A DNA stretch of 41,436 bases from an uncultured Rhodospirillales bacterium (lineage in GTDB: Bacteria > Pseudomonadota > Alphaproteobacteria > Rhodospirillales > CAJXLG01): positions 1-41,436 of the forward strand of contig CAJXLG010000002.1 in NCBI GenBank assembly GCA_913055885.1. Direction: 5' to 3'. Position 1 is the stretch's first letter. Each line of letters opens with the position of its first letter. Shown here one piece after another: positions 16,621 to 28,365 of this stretch. The position numbers were made by a program, and so were the translations under genes. Under the pieces are notes generated by a model that saw nothing but the letters and a program-made list of their open reading frames with translations, was not told the DNA's origin and did no database searches.

Positions 16621-16978
16621 GGACGGGAACGTCGTGATTGATGTTGAGGATGCGCAGGGTGGCGGCGTTGTACTCAATGGTCACGTAGGAGCCATCGGGC
16701 TTGCGCAGGGTGACGGCCCACGCCGGCAGGGGCCGGCGCACGTGTTCCTTGCCCACGGCGATGAGCTCCGTGTTCACCACGCGGCCGTCGAACATGCCGG
16801 CGGCCAGGGATTCCACCCGGCCCGGCGCGGCGATGCTGCCCTGTTCCACCAGGGCCTCGGCGTCGAACGGCTTGTCCGACGCGTCCTTGCCGCCGTTGCC
16901 CTGGGCGGGGCCGGCCGCCGCCGGCGTGGCGAGGGCCACGGCGACCGCGGCGGCGAGGGCGCCGATGCGCTGAATCAT
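16538..16978 (-). CDS. Small secreted protein of unknown function (possibly PepSY-like)
   Basis: Signal peptide MIQRIGALAAAVAVALATPAAAGPA. It starts 4 nt after the dsbA-family stop. The C-terminal Gly/Arg/Pro-rich tail runs over the start of the next gene before reaching a stop. Confidence 0.55.
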   Translation of the reverse strand: MIQRIGALAAAVAVALATPAAAGPAQGNGGKDASDKPFDAEALVEQGSIAAPGRVESLAAGMFDGRVVNTELIAVGKEHVRRPLPAWAVTLRKPDGSYVTIEYNAATLRILNINHDVPVHDPAENGRRDGPGGGPGSRADSARPGR

Positions 16979-16982
16979 GGCC

Positions 16983-17732
16983 TTACTGCTCCTGTTTGTT
17001 CTCGCGGGCCCGGGCGATCATCTTTTTCAGGGCCTTGGGCTTGACCGCCCCGGGCGCCACGGTGTCGCCCACCACGAAAGCGGGCGTGCCGGTGACGTCC
17101 AGGGCCTTGGCCAATTCCAGGTTGCTGTCGATGGTGCGCTGGATGCTGTCGGCCTGCATATCCTGCTTGAGTTGCTCGACGTCCAGGCCCACGGCCTCGG
17201 CCTCGGCCATGACGGCGTCCTTCGACAGCTTCCCTTCGTGCTCCATGAGCGCCTGGTGCAGGGCGAAGTACTTGTCCTGCTCGCGCGCCGCCAGGGCGGC
17301 CTTCGCCGCGTAACGCGACACCGGCCCCAGGATGGGGAAGTCGATGAGCACCCAGCGCACGTCGCCGTCCCGGCGCACCGTCTTGCGGACCCCCGGGAAA
17401 GCGGATTTGCAGTAGCCGCACTGGTAGTCGAAGAACTCCACCACGGCCACGTCGCCGTCCGGGTTGCCGGCCACCGGATGCGCGTTGAGCAGCTTGTCGC
17501 GATGGGCGGCGAGGGCCTCTTTCGCCTTGGCCCGACGCGCCTTCTCGCGCTTGTCGCGCAGGGCCCGGATGGCCTTGCCGATGACTTCCGGGTTCTCCAC
17601 CAGATAGTCCTGGACGATCTCTTCGACCGCCTTTTCCTCGGCCGGGGTGAAGGGCTGGGCGGCGCCGGCGGGCGCGGCCGTCCCGGCAACGAGCGTGACG
17701 GCGATCAGAAGGCCGGAGAGCAGGGTACGCAT
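16983..17732 (-). CDS. DsbA-family periplasmic thiol:disulfide oxidoreductase
   Basis: The ATG at 17732 gives the signal peptide MRTLLSGLLIAVTLVAGTAAPAGA. Thioredoxin-fold active site FFDYQCGYCK. C-terminal GTPAFVVGD. The N-terminal extension of ORF 16983..18041 overlaps the M48 gene and is rejected. Confidence 0.88.
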   Translation of the reverse strand: MRTLLSGLLIAVTLVAGTAAPAGAAQPFTPAEEKAVEEIVQDYLVENPEVIGKAIRALRDKREKARRAKAKEALAAHRDKLLNAHPVAGNPDGDVAVVEFFDYQCGYCKSAFPGVRKTVRRDGDVRWVLIDFPILGPVSRYAAKAALAAREQDKYFALHQALMEHEGKLSKDAVMAEAEAVGLDVEQLKQDMQADSIQRTIDSNLELAKALDVTGTPAFVVGDTVAPGAVKPKALKKMIARARENKQEQ

Positions 17733-17811
17733 GGGCTCGGTCCCTTTACCGTGGTGGTCGCGCAGCGTGGGCAGGATGGCGCGGGGCGGCGCCGGGAGGC
17801 AAGGGGCGGGA

Positions 17812-19176
17812 TCATCCCCCGTCCTTCTCCCGGCGCGCCCGCTTGACGCGATGGCGCAGGTCTTCCAGGTGCTGGCGGGCGGGGCCGCTTTCCGGCGTCT
17901 TCCGGGCCGCCTTTTCCACCTGCCGCTTCGCCATGCCGAGATCGCCGCGCAGCAGGGCCGCCTCGGCCATGGCGCGGGCGGCGGCGCCCATGCGGTCCAG
18001 CCGGCCGCGGGCGATGGCGAGCTGTCGCCAGACGAAGGCATTGCGGCGCTCGCCGTGGTCGATGGCCGCTTCCAGGTGGGTGACGGCCCGGTCCAGCCGC
18101 TTGTCGCCGCCCTTTTCGACGAGGGCGCGCGCCAGGCCCAGGTGCAAAAGCCCCGACCGGGGGGCCAGCTCGGCGGCGCGTGCGTAGGCCTCGGCGGCGC
18201 GTTCCAGGTTGCCCGTCTCGAACAGCATCTGCCCCTTGAGCTCGTGGAACCAGGGATCCTCCGGGTGCGCCGCGATCAGGGCGTCGATGCCGTCGAGCGC
18301 CCTGTCCAGGTCGTCGCGCCGGAAGTGGGCGACGATGCGGGCGTAGCGGCCCATGATCCCCGGGTCGTCACCGGAGAAGCGGTCGAGCACCTGCCCCGGC
18401 GGCTGGAGGAAGCCCATGAGCTTGCCGCGCATGCGGGCGTGCAGCCGCGCCAGGTCGGCCTCGTACGCGGGGTCCTCCGGATCGTCGGGGTGCGCGGTCT
18501 TCACGTGGCGGCGCAGGAAGGCGAGCCGGTCGCGCGTCAGCGGGTGGGTGCGCACGTAGGGGCTCTGGCTCCCCGGGGCGAGGATGGTCTGGTCCTCCAG
18601 GATGCGCATGAAGTCGAGAAGCCCCTCGGCCGGCCGGCCCACGCGGTCGAGGTACTTCACGGCCGCCTGGTCGGCCGCCGCCTCCTCCCCGCGCGTGTGG
18701 CGCAGCAGGCCGCGCCGGGCCACCTGCTGGCCGCCGGCCGTCACCGCCACCCCGGCGCCGGGGCGGCCGGTGGCAACGGCCGTCGCCGCGCCCAGGATGG
18801 TGGAGGCGATGGCCGTGGTGCTCGCCTCGTCCATGCGCCGGCGCAGGCGGGCCAGGTGGCCCCCCGCGATGTGCCCCGCCTCGTGGGCGATGACGCCCAT
18901 GAGCTGTTCGGGCGTCTCCGTGCGGATGATGAGGCCGGTGTGGATGAAAAGGTTGAGCCCCTTGGCGACGAAGGCGTTGAGCCGATCGTCCTTGATAAGG
19001 TGGATGTCGATGGTCTGCGGGTTGAGGCCCGCCGCCTCGAAGAGTGGCGTGGCATAGAGGCGGATGGTATGTTCCACTTCCGCGTCGCGCACGAAGGTCA
19101 TCTTGCGCGCCCGCGCGGGACCCGCGACCAGAGCCGCCACGACAAGAAGCAGCGCCACGATGGACAGGCGTTTCAA
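17812..19176 (-). CDS. M48-family zinc metalloprotease with C-terminal TPR repeats (BepA/YfgC-like)
   Basis: HEAGH zinc motif (GVIAHEAGHIAGGH), signal peptide KRLSIVALLLVVAALVAGPARA, and TPR-like helical repeats in the C-terminal half. The first codon is TTG at 19176, preceded by GGGGAG and an in-frame stop, so no longer start is possible. Confidence 0.88.
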   Translation of the reverse strand: MKRLSIVALLLVVAALVAGPARARKMTFVRDAEVEHTIRLYATPLFEAAGLNPQTIDIHLIKDDRLNAFVAKGLNLFIHTGLIIRTETPEQLMGVIAHEAGHIAGGHLARLRRRMDEASTTAIASTILGAATAVATGRPGAGVAVTAGGQQVARRGLLRHTRGEEAAADQAAVKYLDRVGRPAEGLLDFMRILEDQTILAPGSQSPYVRTHPLTRDRLAFLRRHVKTAHPDDPEDPAYEADLARLHARMRGKLMGFLQPPGQVLDRFSGDDPGIMGRYARIVAHFRRDDLDRALDGIDALIAAHPEDPWFHELKGQMLFETGNLERAAEAYARAAELAPRSGLLHLGLARALVEKGGDKRLDRAVTHLEAAIDHGERRNAFVWRQLAIARGRLDRMGAAARAMAEAALLRGDLGMAKRQVEKAARKTPESGPARQHLEDLRHRVKRARREKDGG

Positions 19177-20650
19177 CGCTCACTCCCCGGCTCGTTCCAC
19201 GACCACACGTAGCCCCTATCGCACCCGGCGTCAATGTGCTGCGCTGGGACTCGCCGTGCTGGCCCTGGCCGCCTGCGATCCCTACAGGATCGCGGGCGGC
19301 CGGGTGGCCACCGACTACGCCGGGTCGGTGACGGCCGACGCGCCGCGCGCCGCGCTGGTGGGCCGGGACGTCCTGGCGGACGGCGGCAATGCCGTGGACG
19401 CCGCCGTTGCCGCCGCCCTCGCCCAGGGGGTCACGAGCCCCGGGCGCGGCGGCCTGGGCGGCGGCGGCCTGTGCCTGGTGCAGGGGAGCGCCGGGCCCGA
19501 CACGGACAAAAAGCGCGTCCAGGCGCTGCGCTTCCCCGCCGTCAAGGCGACGGACCGCGTCGCCCTGCCGGGTACGCCGCGCGGCCTGTACGCCCTGCAC
19601 GCCCGCTACGGCGCCCTGCGCTGGCGCGCCGTGGTGGCGCCGGCCGAGCGCCTGGCCCGCTTCGGCACGGGGGCGTCGCGGGCCCTGGTGCGCACCCTGA
19701 AGGCGGCCGGCGGCCGCCTGCGGGGGGAGACGGCGCGCGGCACCTTCCTGGCCGACGGCGGGCCGCCAGAGGTGGGCATGTCGCTGCGCCGGCTGTCCCT
19801 GGCGGGCACCCTGAGCCGGCTGCGCCGCGAGGGCGCCGTGGACCTCTACAGCGGGGAGGCCGCGGACCGCTTCCTGGCCGACGCCCGCGACGTGGCCGAG
19901 GCCCCCGTGCCGGCGGCGGCCCTGCGTGACGTCCTGCCCGAGTGGACGGCGCCCGCGACGGCCGGGGCCGGGGACCACGTCGTGGCGGCGCCGCCCGCCG
20001 GCGCCCTGGCCGATGCCTGGCGGAAGCTTCCCGCCGGTACGGCCCCCGGCGACGACGCCCTGCACGCCGCCACGGGCGACCTGACCGGGGGCGGGCCGCC
20101 GGCCGCCGGCGTGGCCGCCCTGGACGGCCGGGGCAACGCCGTGGCCTGTGCCTTCACCCTGAACAGGCCCTTCGGCACCGGCCGCCTGGGCCGCGAGAGC
20201 GGCCTGTTCGTGGCCGCGCCGCCGGCGGACGCGGCGAAGCCCCTGGCCGGCCTGGCGCCGGTCCTGGTGGTGAACCGGCCGACGCATTCCGTCCTGCTGG
20301 CCGCCACGGCGAGCACCGGCTGGCGCGACACCCTGCCGGTGGCGCGCGCCGCGGCGGTGGATGCCGCGGCCCGGCTGCTCGCCGGCAGGGGCGACGTGAA
20401 GGCGGTGCTCAACCGGCCGCGCGGCGGCTACGCCGTGGGCCCGGGCAGCGGCCGCGCCGCCGTGGAGGCGGACGTGCCGCCGGCGCGCCGCGACGCCCTG
20501 CGCGCCGCCGGCCTCACCCTGGTGGAGCGGCCGCACCTGGGCCGGGTCAACGCCATCTTCTGCCGTGGCGGGAGCCCCAACAACACCGGGACGTGCCGCG
20601 CCGCCGCGGACCCGCGCTGGTCCAGCCTGGCCGCCACCAGCGCCCGCTGA
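19160..20650 (+). CDS. Gamma-glutamyltransferase-family lipoprotein, apparently lacking the catalytic Thr nucleophile
   Basis: GGT-family N-terminal region (GRDVLADGGNAVDAAVAAALAQGVTSPGRGGLGGGG) and small-subunit region (GNAVACAFTLNRPFGTG). Lipobox LALAAC. ATG 19160 is the only in-frame start upstream of the lipoprotein signal, and it overlaps the divergent M48 start by 17 nt. The start is uncertain. Confidence 0.75.
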   Translation: MDRRFNAHSPARSTTTRSPYRTRRQCAALGLAVLALAACDPYRIAGGRVATDYAGSVTADAPRAALVGRDVLADGGNAVDAAVAAALAQGVTSPGRGGLGGGGLCLVQGSAGPDTDKKRVQALRFPAVKATDRVALPGTPRGLYALHARYGALRWRAVVAPAERLARFGTGASRALVRTLKAAGGRLRGETARGTFLADGGPPEVGMSLRRLSLAGTLSRLRREGAVDLYSGEAADRFLADARDVAEAPVPAAALRDVLPEWTAPATAGAGDHVVAAPPAGALADAWRKLPAGTAPGDDALHAATGDLTGGGPPAAGVAALDGRGNAVACAFTLNRPFGTGRLGRESGLFVAAPPADAAKPLAGLAPVLVVNRPTHSVLLAATASTGWRDTLPVARAAAVDAAARLLAGRGDVKAVLNRPRGGYAVGPGSGRAAVEADVPPARRDALRAAGLTLVERPHLGRVNAIFCRGGSPNNTGTCRAAADPRWSSLAATSAR

Positions 20651-20677
20651 CGCCGAGCCGCGCGAAGGAGCGCCGCC

Positions 20678-21829
20678 ATGGCCCTGAAAGTCACGGAACG
20701 CGGTACCATCCCGCCCTTCATCGTCATGGACGTCCTGCGCCAGGCCAACGAGCGCGCCGCCGCCGGCCATGACGTCCTGCACCTGGAGGTGGGGCAGCCG
20801 GGCGGCGGGCCGCCGCAACGGGTGATCCGGGCGGCCCACGAGGCCCTCGACGCGAACCGCCTGGGGTATGCCGACGCCCTGGGCCTGCCGGCGCTGCGCC
20901 GCGCCATCGCCACGCACTACGAGCACTGGTACGGCGTGCCCGTGCCCACCGACCGCATCGTCGCCACCATGGGCGCCTCGGCCGCCTTCGTCCTGGCCTT
21001 CCTGGCCGCCTTCGACGCCGGCGACCGGGTGGCCCTGGGGACGCCCGGCTATCCCGCCTACCGCAACATCCTCAAGGCGGTGGACGTGACGCCCGTTCCC
21101 CTGCCCGTGGGCCCGGAGACCCGCTTCCAGCCCACGCCCGCCCACCTGGACGCCCTGGACGAACCGGTGGACGGCCTCATCGTCGCCAGCCCCAACAACC
21201 CCACGGGCACCATGCTGCCGCCGGACGACCTGAAGGCCCTGGCGGCGGCCTGCGAGGCCCGCGGCATCCGGCTCATCTCCGACGAGATCTACCACGGCAT
21301 CACCTTCGGCGAGCCGGCGGCGACGGCCCTTGCCGCCGGCGACAGCGCGGTGGTGGTGAACAGCTTTTCCAAGTATTTCGCCATGACGGGCTGGCGCCTG
21401 GGCTGGATGGTGGTGCCCGACGGCATGGCGCGTGCCATGGAGTGCCTGGCGCAGAACCTGTTCATCTCGCCGTCCACCCTGTCGCAGCTCGCCGGCGTCG
21501 CCGCCTTCGACGCCACGGCGGAACTGGACGCCCGGGTGGCGCGGTACGCCCGCAACCGCGAGATCCTCCTGGACGGCCTGCCGGATGCCGGGTTCGGCGA
21601 CCTGGCCCCGGCCGACGGCGCCTTCTACGTCTACGCCGACGTGCATCGCCTGACGGACGACAGCGAGGCCCTGTGCCGGCAGATGCTGGCGGAAACGGGG
21701 GTTGCCGCCACGCCCGGCGTGGACTTCGACCCGGAGCGCGGCCATCACTACGTGCGCTTCTCCTTCGCCGGCGACACGGCCGAGATCGAGGAAGCGGTGC
21801 GCCGCCTGAAGGCGTGGCGCCGGGGCTGA
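20678..21829 (+). CDS. Pyridoxal-phosphate-dependent aminotransferase, class I/II
   Basis: 383 aa. Motifs are PNNPTGT, ISDEIYHGITF and the PLP-lysine motif NSFSKYFAMTGWRLGW. Confidence 0.88.
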   Translation: MALKVTERGTIPPFIVMDVLRQANERAAAGHDVLHLEVGQPGGGPPQRVIRAAHEALDANRLGYADALGLPALRRAIATHYEHWYGVPVPTDRIVATMGASAAFVLAFLAAFDAGDRVALGTPGYPAYRNILKAVDVTPVPLPVGPETRFQPTPAHLDALDEPVDGLIVASPNNPTGTMLPPDDLKALAAACEARGIRLISDEIYHGITFGEPAATALAAGDSAVVVNSFSKYFAMTGWRLGWMVVPDGMARAMECLAQNLFISPSTLSQLAGVAAFDATAELDARVARYARNREILLDGLPDAGFGDLAPADGAFYVYADVHRLTDDSEALCRQMLAETGVAATPGVDFDPERGHHYVRFSFAGDTAEIEEAVRRLKAWRRG

Positions 21830-21833
21830 CCCG

Positions 21834-23027
21834 ATGGCGGTGTGGCTGCACATCGGCACGGAAAAGACCGCCACCAGTGTCGTCCAGGCGGGACTCGTCC
21901 GGCACCGGGCGGCGCTCGCCCAGGCCGGCTGGCTGGTGCCGCGCACGCCCGGCGGCTTCGACCATCGGCTCCTCAGCCTCTACGCCCTGGGGCCGGAGCG
22001 CGGCCCCGTCGATCCCGGCTGGCGCTATCACCACGGTCCCGGATTCCCGGACTACGCCGCGTTCGAGGCGTGGCTGCCCGATGCCCTGGCGCGCGAGGTG
22101 GCGGCGGCGGCGCCGGACCACGTGGTCCTGGCCGACGAGCGCCTGAGCCTGGTGGCCGATCCGGCCGGGCTGGCGCGCCTGCGCGGCCTGCTGGACCGCC
22201 TGCCGGGGCCGGTGCACGTGGTGGTCTACCTGCGCCGGCAGGACGATCTCATGCTCAGCCGCTACCAGGAGAACGTGAAGGGCCTGGGCGAGACGCGCGA
22301 TGCCGACGCCTGGTGCGCCGCCGACCTCGCCGCTCCCCTCTATGCCTACGACAGCCTGCTGGCGCGCTGGGCCGGGATGGTGGGCGCCGATCGCGTCCAC
22401 CCGGCGGTCTTCGAGCCCGGCGGCCTGCGCGACCCGTCGCCCTTCGCCGACTTCCTGGACCGCATCGGGGCGCGGGGCGTTCTGCCGGACCCCGCCACCG
22501 GCGCCGAGCGCCGCAACGTGGGCGTGGGCGCCGCCGCCGTAAGCTTCCTGCGCCGCCTCAACGCCACCCGGCCCGCCCTGGCGGGGCCCGAGGAGCCGGG
22601 CGTGCGCAACGCCGTGCTCGACACCATGGCGGGCGAGGCGGGCGCGGCGCCCCTGGCGCCATCGCAAAGCGTCCTGGAGGCCCTGGCGGCCCGTTGTGCC
22701 GGCGCCAACGCCCATGTGGCGCGCGTCTGGCTGGGCCGGCCCGACGGCGTCCTGTTCCGGCACGCCGGCCGGCACGCGGCACACGCCGTGACCGCCGCCG
22801 AGGAGTCGGCGGTGGCGCGCGTCGCCGACCGCGCCATCGCCGCCCTGGACCGGGCGGCGGCGGAGGCCCCCGACGACCCGGCCCGCCGCTACCGCCTGAG
22901 CCGCGCCCTGGCCGCCGCCGGCCGGCCCGAGGCGGCGGCCGAAACAGCCCGGCGCGCCGTCACCCTGGCCCCCGGGAGCCGGCTCTACAAACAGTGGTGG
23001 ATCAGCCTTTCCCGTGAAGGGGGTTGA
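21834..23027 (+). CDS. Sulfotransferase-like P-loop protein of unknown function with a C-terminal TPR-like helix pair
   Basis: The N-terminus MAVWLHIGTEKTATSVVQ resembles the HIG-x-x-KTGTT-x-LQ start of a sulfotransferase-fold family as I remember it. High GC3. It starts 4 nt after the aminotransferase stop. The 3' end overlaps the convergent carbamoyltransferase by 43 nt. Confidence 0.6.
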   Translation: MAVWLHIGTEKTATSVVQAGLVRHRAALAQAGWLVPRTPGGFDHRLLSLYALGPERGPVDPGWRYHHGPGFPDYAAFEAWLPDALAREVAAAAPDHVVLADERLSLVADPAGLARLRGLLDRLPGPVHVVVYLRRQDDLMLSRYQENVKGLGETRDADAWCAADLAAPLYAYDSLLARWAGMVGADRVHPAVFEPGGLRDPSPFADFLDRIGARGVLPDPATGAERRNVGVGAAAVSFLRRLNATRPALAGPEEPGVRNAVLDTMAGEAGAAPLAPSQSVLEALAARCAGANAHVARVWLGRPDGVLFRHAGRHAAHAVTAAEESAVARVADRAIAALDRAAAEAPDDPARRYRLSRALAAAGRPEAAAETARRAVTLAPGSRLYKQWWISLSREGG

Positions 23028-24811
23028 CCCGGATTGTCGCTTTCCTGCTCCGCCTTGTGCAGGAGGCAGTTGCCCACCACCAGGGTGTCCATTTCCGTCC
23101 CCATGAAACACCGGAAGGCGTCTTCCGGCGTGCTGACGATGGGCTCGCCCCGGACGTTGAAGCTGGTGTTCACCACCACGGGGCACCCGGTGCGCGCGCC
23201 GAAGCGGCGGATCAGGGCGTGGAAGCGCGGGCTGGTGGCGCCGTCCACGGTCTGCACGCGGGCGGAATAGTCCACGTGGGTGACGGCCGGGATGGTGGCG
23301 CGCACCACGTTGAGCTTGTCGATCCCGAAAAGGGCCTTTTCGTCTTCGGTCATGGCCCGCCGGTGGGCTTCCCGGACGGGCGCCGCGAAGAGCATGTAGG
23401 GGCTGTCGGCCTCCAGGTCGAACCATTCGGCCGCGGCCTCGCGCAGGACGGCCGGTGCGAAGGGCCGGAAGTTCTCGCGGTACTTGATCTTCAGGTTGAG
23501 GGTGCGCTGCATCCTGGGCGAGCGCGGATCGGCCAGGATGGACCGGCCGCCCAGGGCACGCGGGCCGAATTCCATGCGCCCCTGGAACCAGCCCACGACC
23601 TTTTCCGCCACCAGGGCGTCCACCGTGGCCTCCAACAGGGCGGTGTCATCAAGGACGTGGAAGACGGCCCCGGCCGCCCGCAGGCGCCGTTCGACGCCCG
23701 CCTGGCCGAAGGCCGGGCCCAGGCGGGCGCCGCGCATGCCGTCCCGGCCGTCCGGGGCGGGGCGGCGCGGCTTGTCCAGGTGGTGATGCCACGCCGCCAG
23801 GGCGGCGCCCACCGCCTTGCCGGCGTCGCCCGCCGCCGGCTGGACCCACACGGCATCGAAGGCGCCGTCCCGGAGCACCTTGCCGTTGGCCACGCAGTTG
23901 AGCGCCAGGTCGCCGGCAAGGCACAGGTTGGGTAGGCCGTGGTCGCGGGCCAGGGCGCGCGTCAGGCGCAGCACGGCTTCCTCCGTGACCGCCTGGAGGC
24001 TGGCCGCCACGTCCATGTGGAAGGGTGTCAGGGGGGCCTGCTCCGGCGTCCGGGCCGGCCGACCGAAAAGGCGTTCGAGCCGCCCGCCGGTCGCGGCGAG
24101 ACCCAGCGAATGGGGGAAAAAGGCCCGGTTCAGCCGGAAGGTGCCGTCCGGCTCGAAGGCGATGAGGGTATCCCGGATCAGGTTCCGGTAGCGGGGCTCG
24201 CCGTAGGGCGCCAGGCCCATGACCTTGTATTCGCCGCCATTCACCGTGAATCCCAGGTACCGGGTGACCGCGGAATACAGGAGGCCCAGGGCGTGGGGCG
24301 CGGGGATTTCCCGTTCCAGGCTCACGCTGTTGCCCCGGCCCACACCCACCGCCGTGCCCGCGCCGGCCCGCGCGCCGTCCAGGACGAGGACCACGGCCCT
24401 CTCGAAGGGGGACGGGAAAAAGGCCGCGGCGGCCTGGCTCTCGCGGTGCCCGGCGGCGTGCACGCGCGCCTCCGGCCAGGGCATGGCCCGCCGCACGCGC
24501 TCCGGCTGGCCGGGGGACTCCGCCGCCGGACGCGGCACGGCGGATCGTGCGGGATGCGGAGCGTCGAGCGCGCCGCTTCCGGGAAGCCGAAGGAAGGCGG
24601 GCAGGGGGCGGTCGGCGCAGACGATACGGTCCACGTCCGCTGCGCCGCACCCGGCGGCTTCCAGGCAGTAGCGGACGGCGCGGGTCGGAACCCCGCCGTC
24701 ATGCTTGCAGCGGCTGAAGCGTTCCTCCTGGGCCGCCACCGTGACGACCCCGTCTTCCAGCATGGCCGCGGCGCTGTCGTGGCAGAAGGCGGAAAGCCCC
24801 GGGATGCGCAT
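22985..24811 (-). CDS. Carbamoyltransferase, NodU/CmcH family
   Basis: 608 aa. The N-terminus LSAFCHDSAAAMLEDGVVTVAAQEERFSRCKHD and the later NLCLAGDLALNCVANG, SFNVRGEPIV are typical of NodU/CmcH O-carbamoyltransferases. Confidence 0.88.
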   Translation of the reverse strand: MRIPGLSAFCHDSAAAMLEDGVVTVAAQEERFSRCKHDGGVPTRAVRYCLEAAGCGAADVDRIVCADRPLPAFLRLPGSGALDAPHPARSAVPRPAAESPGQPERVRRAMPWPEARVHAAGHRESQAAAAFFPSPFERAVVLVLDGARAGAGTAVGVGRGNSVSLEREIPAPHALGLLYSAVTRYLGFTVNGGEYKVMGLAPYGEPRYRNLIRDTLIAFEPDGTFRLNRAFFPHSLGLAATGGRLERLFGRPARTPEQAPLTPFHMDVAASLQAVTEEAVLRLTRALARDHGLPNLCLAGDLALNCVANGKVLRDGAFDAVWVQPAAGDAGKAVGAALAAWHHHLDKPRRPAPDGRDGMRGARLGPAFGQAGVERRLRAAGAVFHVLDDTALLEATVDALVAEKVVGWFQGRMEFGPRALGGRSILADPRSPRMQRTLNLKIKYRENFRPFAPAVLREAAAEWFDLEADSPYMLFAAPVREAHRRAMTEDEKALFGIDKLNVVRATIPAVTHVDYSARVQTVDGATSPRFHALIRRFGARTGCPVVVNTSFNVRGEPIVSTPEDAFRCFMGTEMDTLVVGNCLLHKAEQESDNPGQPPSRERLIHHCL

Positions 24812-24824
24812 GGTGCCGTCCGCC

Positions 24825-28211
<3,387 letters not shown>

Positions 28212-28286
28212 TGTGGGCGGAGTCCCGAGCCGTTACCTGACCCCTTGAGCCTAACACGGCCGGGGCCGTGTGCCGACGGCCCCGTG

Positions 28287-28315
28287 TTGACAGGCCGGCG
28301 CGTGCCACCTATCCC
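28287..28315 (+). promoter_or_regulatory. Candidate sigma70-type promoter for the ABC/GldG-like operon
   Basis: Perfect TTGACA (28287-28292), a 17-nt spacer, then TATCCC (28310-28315). It lies in the divergent intergenic region. An imperfect hairpin (about 28252-28287) abuts the -35 box. Confidence 0.3.
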
Positions 28316-28365
28316 CTTTCACGGCAAAGGCAGCCAGCCCAGGGCACACGGTGGAGCACGCGGGC

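Noticed and set aside
18368-21946. 1192-aa minus-strand ORF across the M48, GGT-like and aminotransferase region
   Set aside because: It is antisense or out of frame to genes with clear motifs (HEAGH, GGT regions, PLP-lysine). The product is Arg/Gly/Ala/Pro low-complexity sequence, a high-GC artefact.
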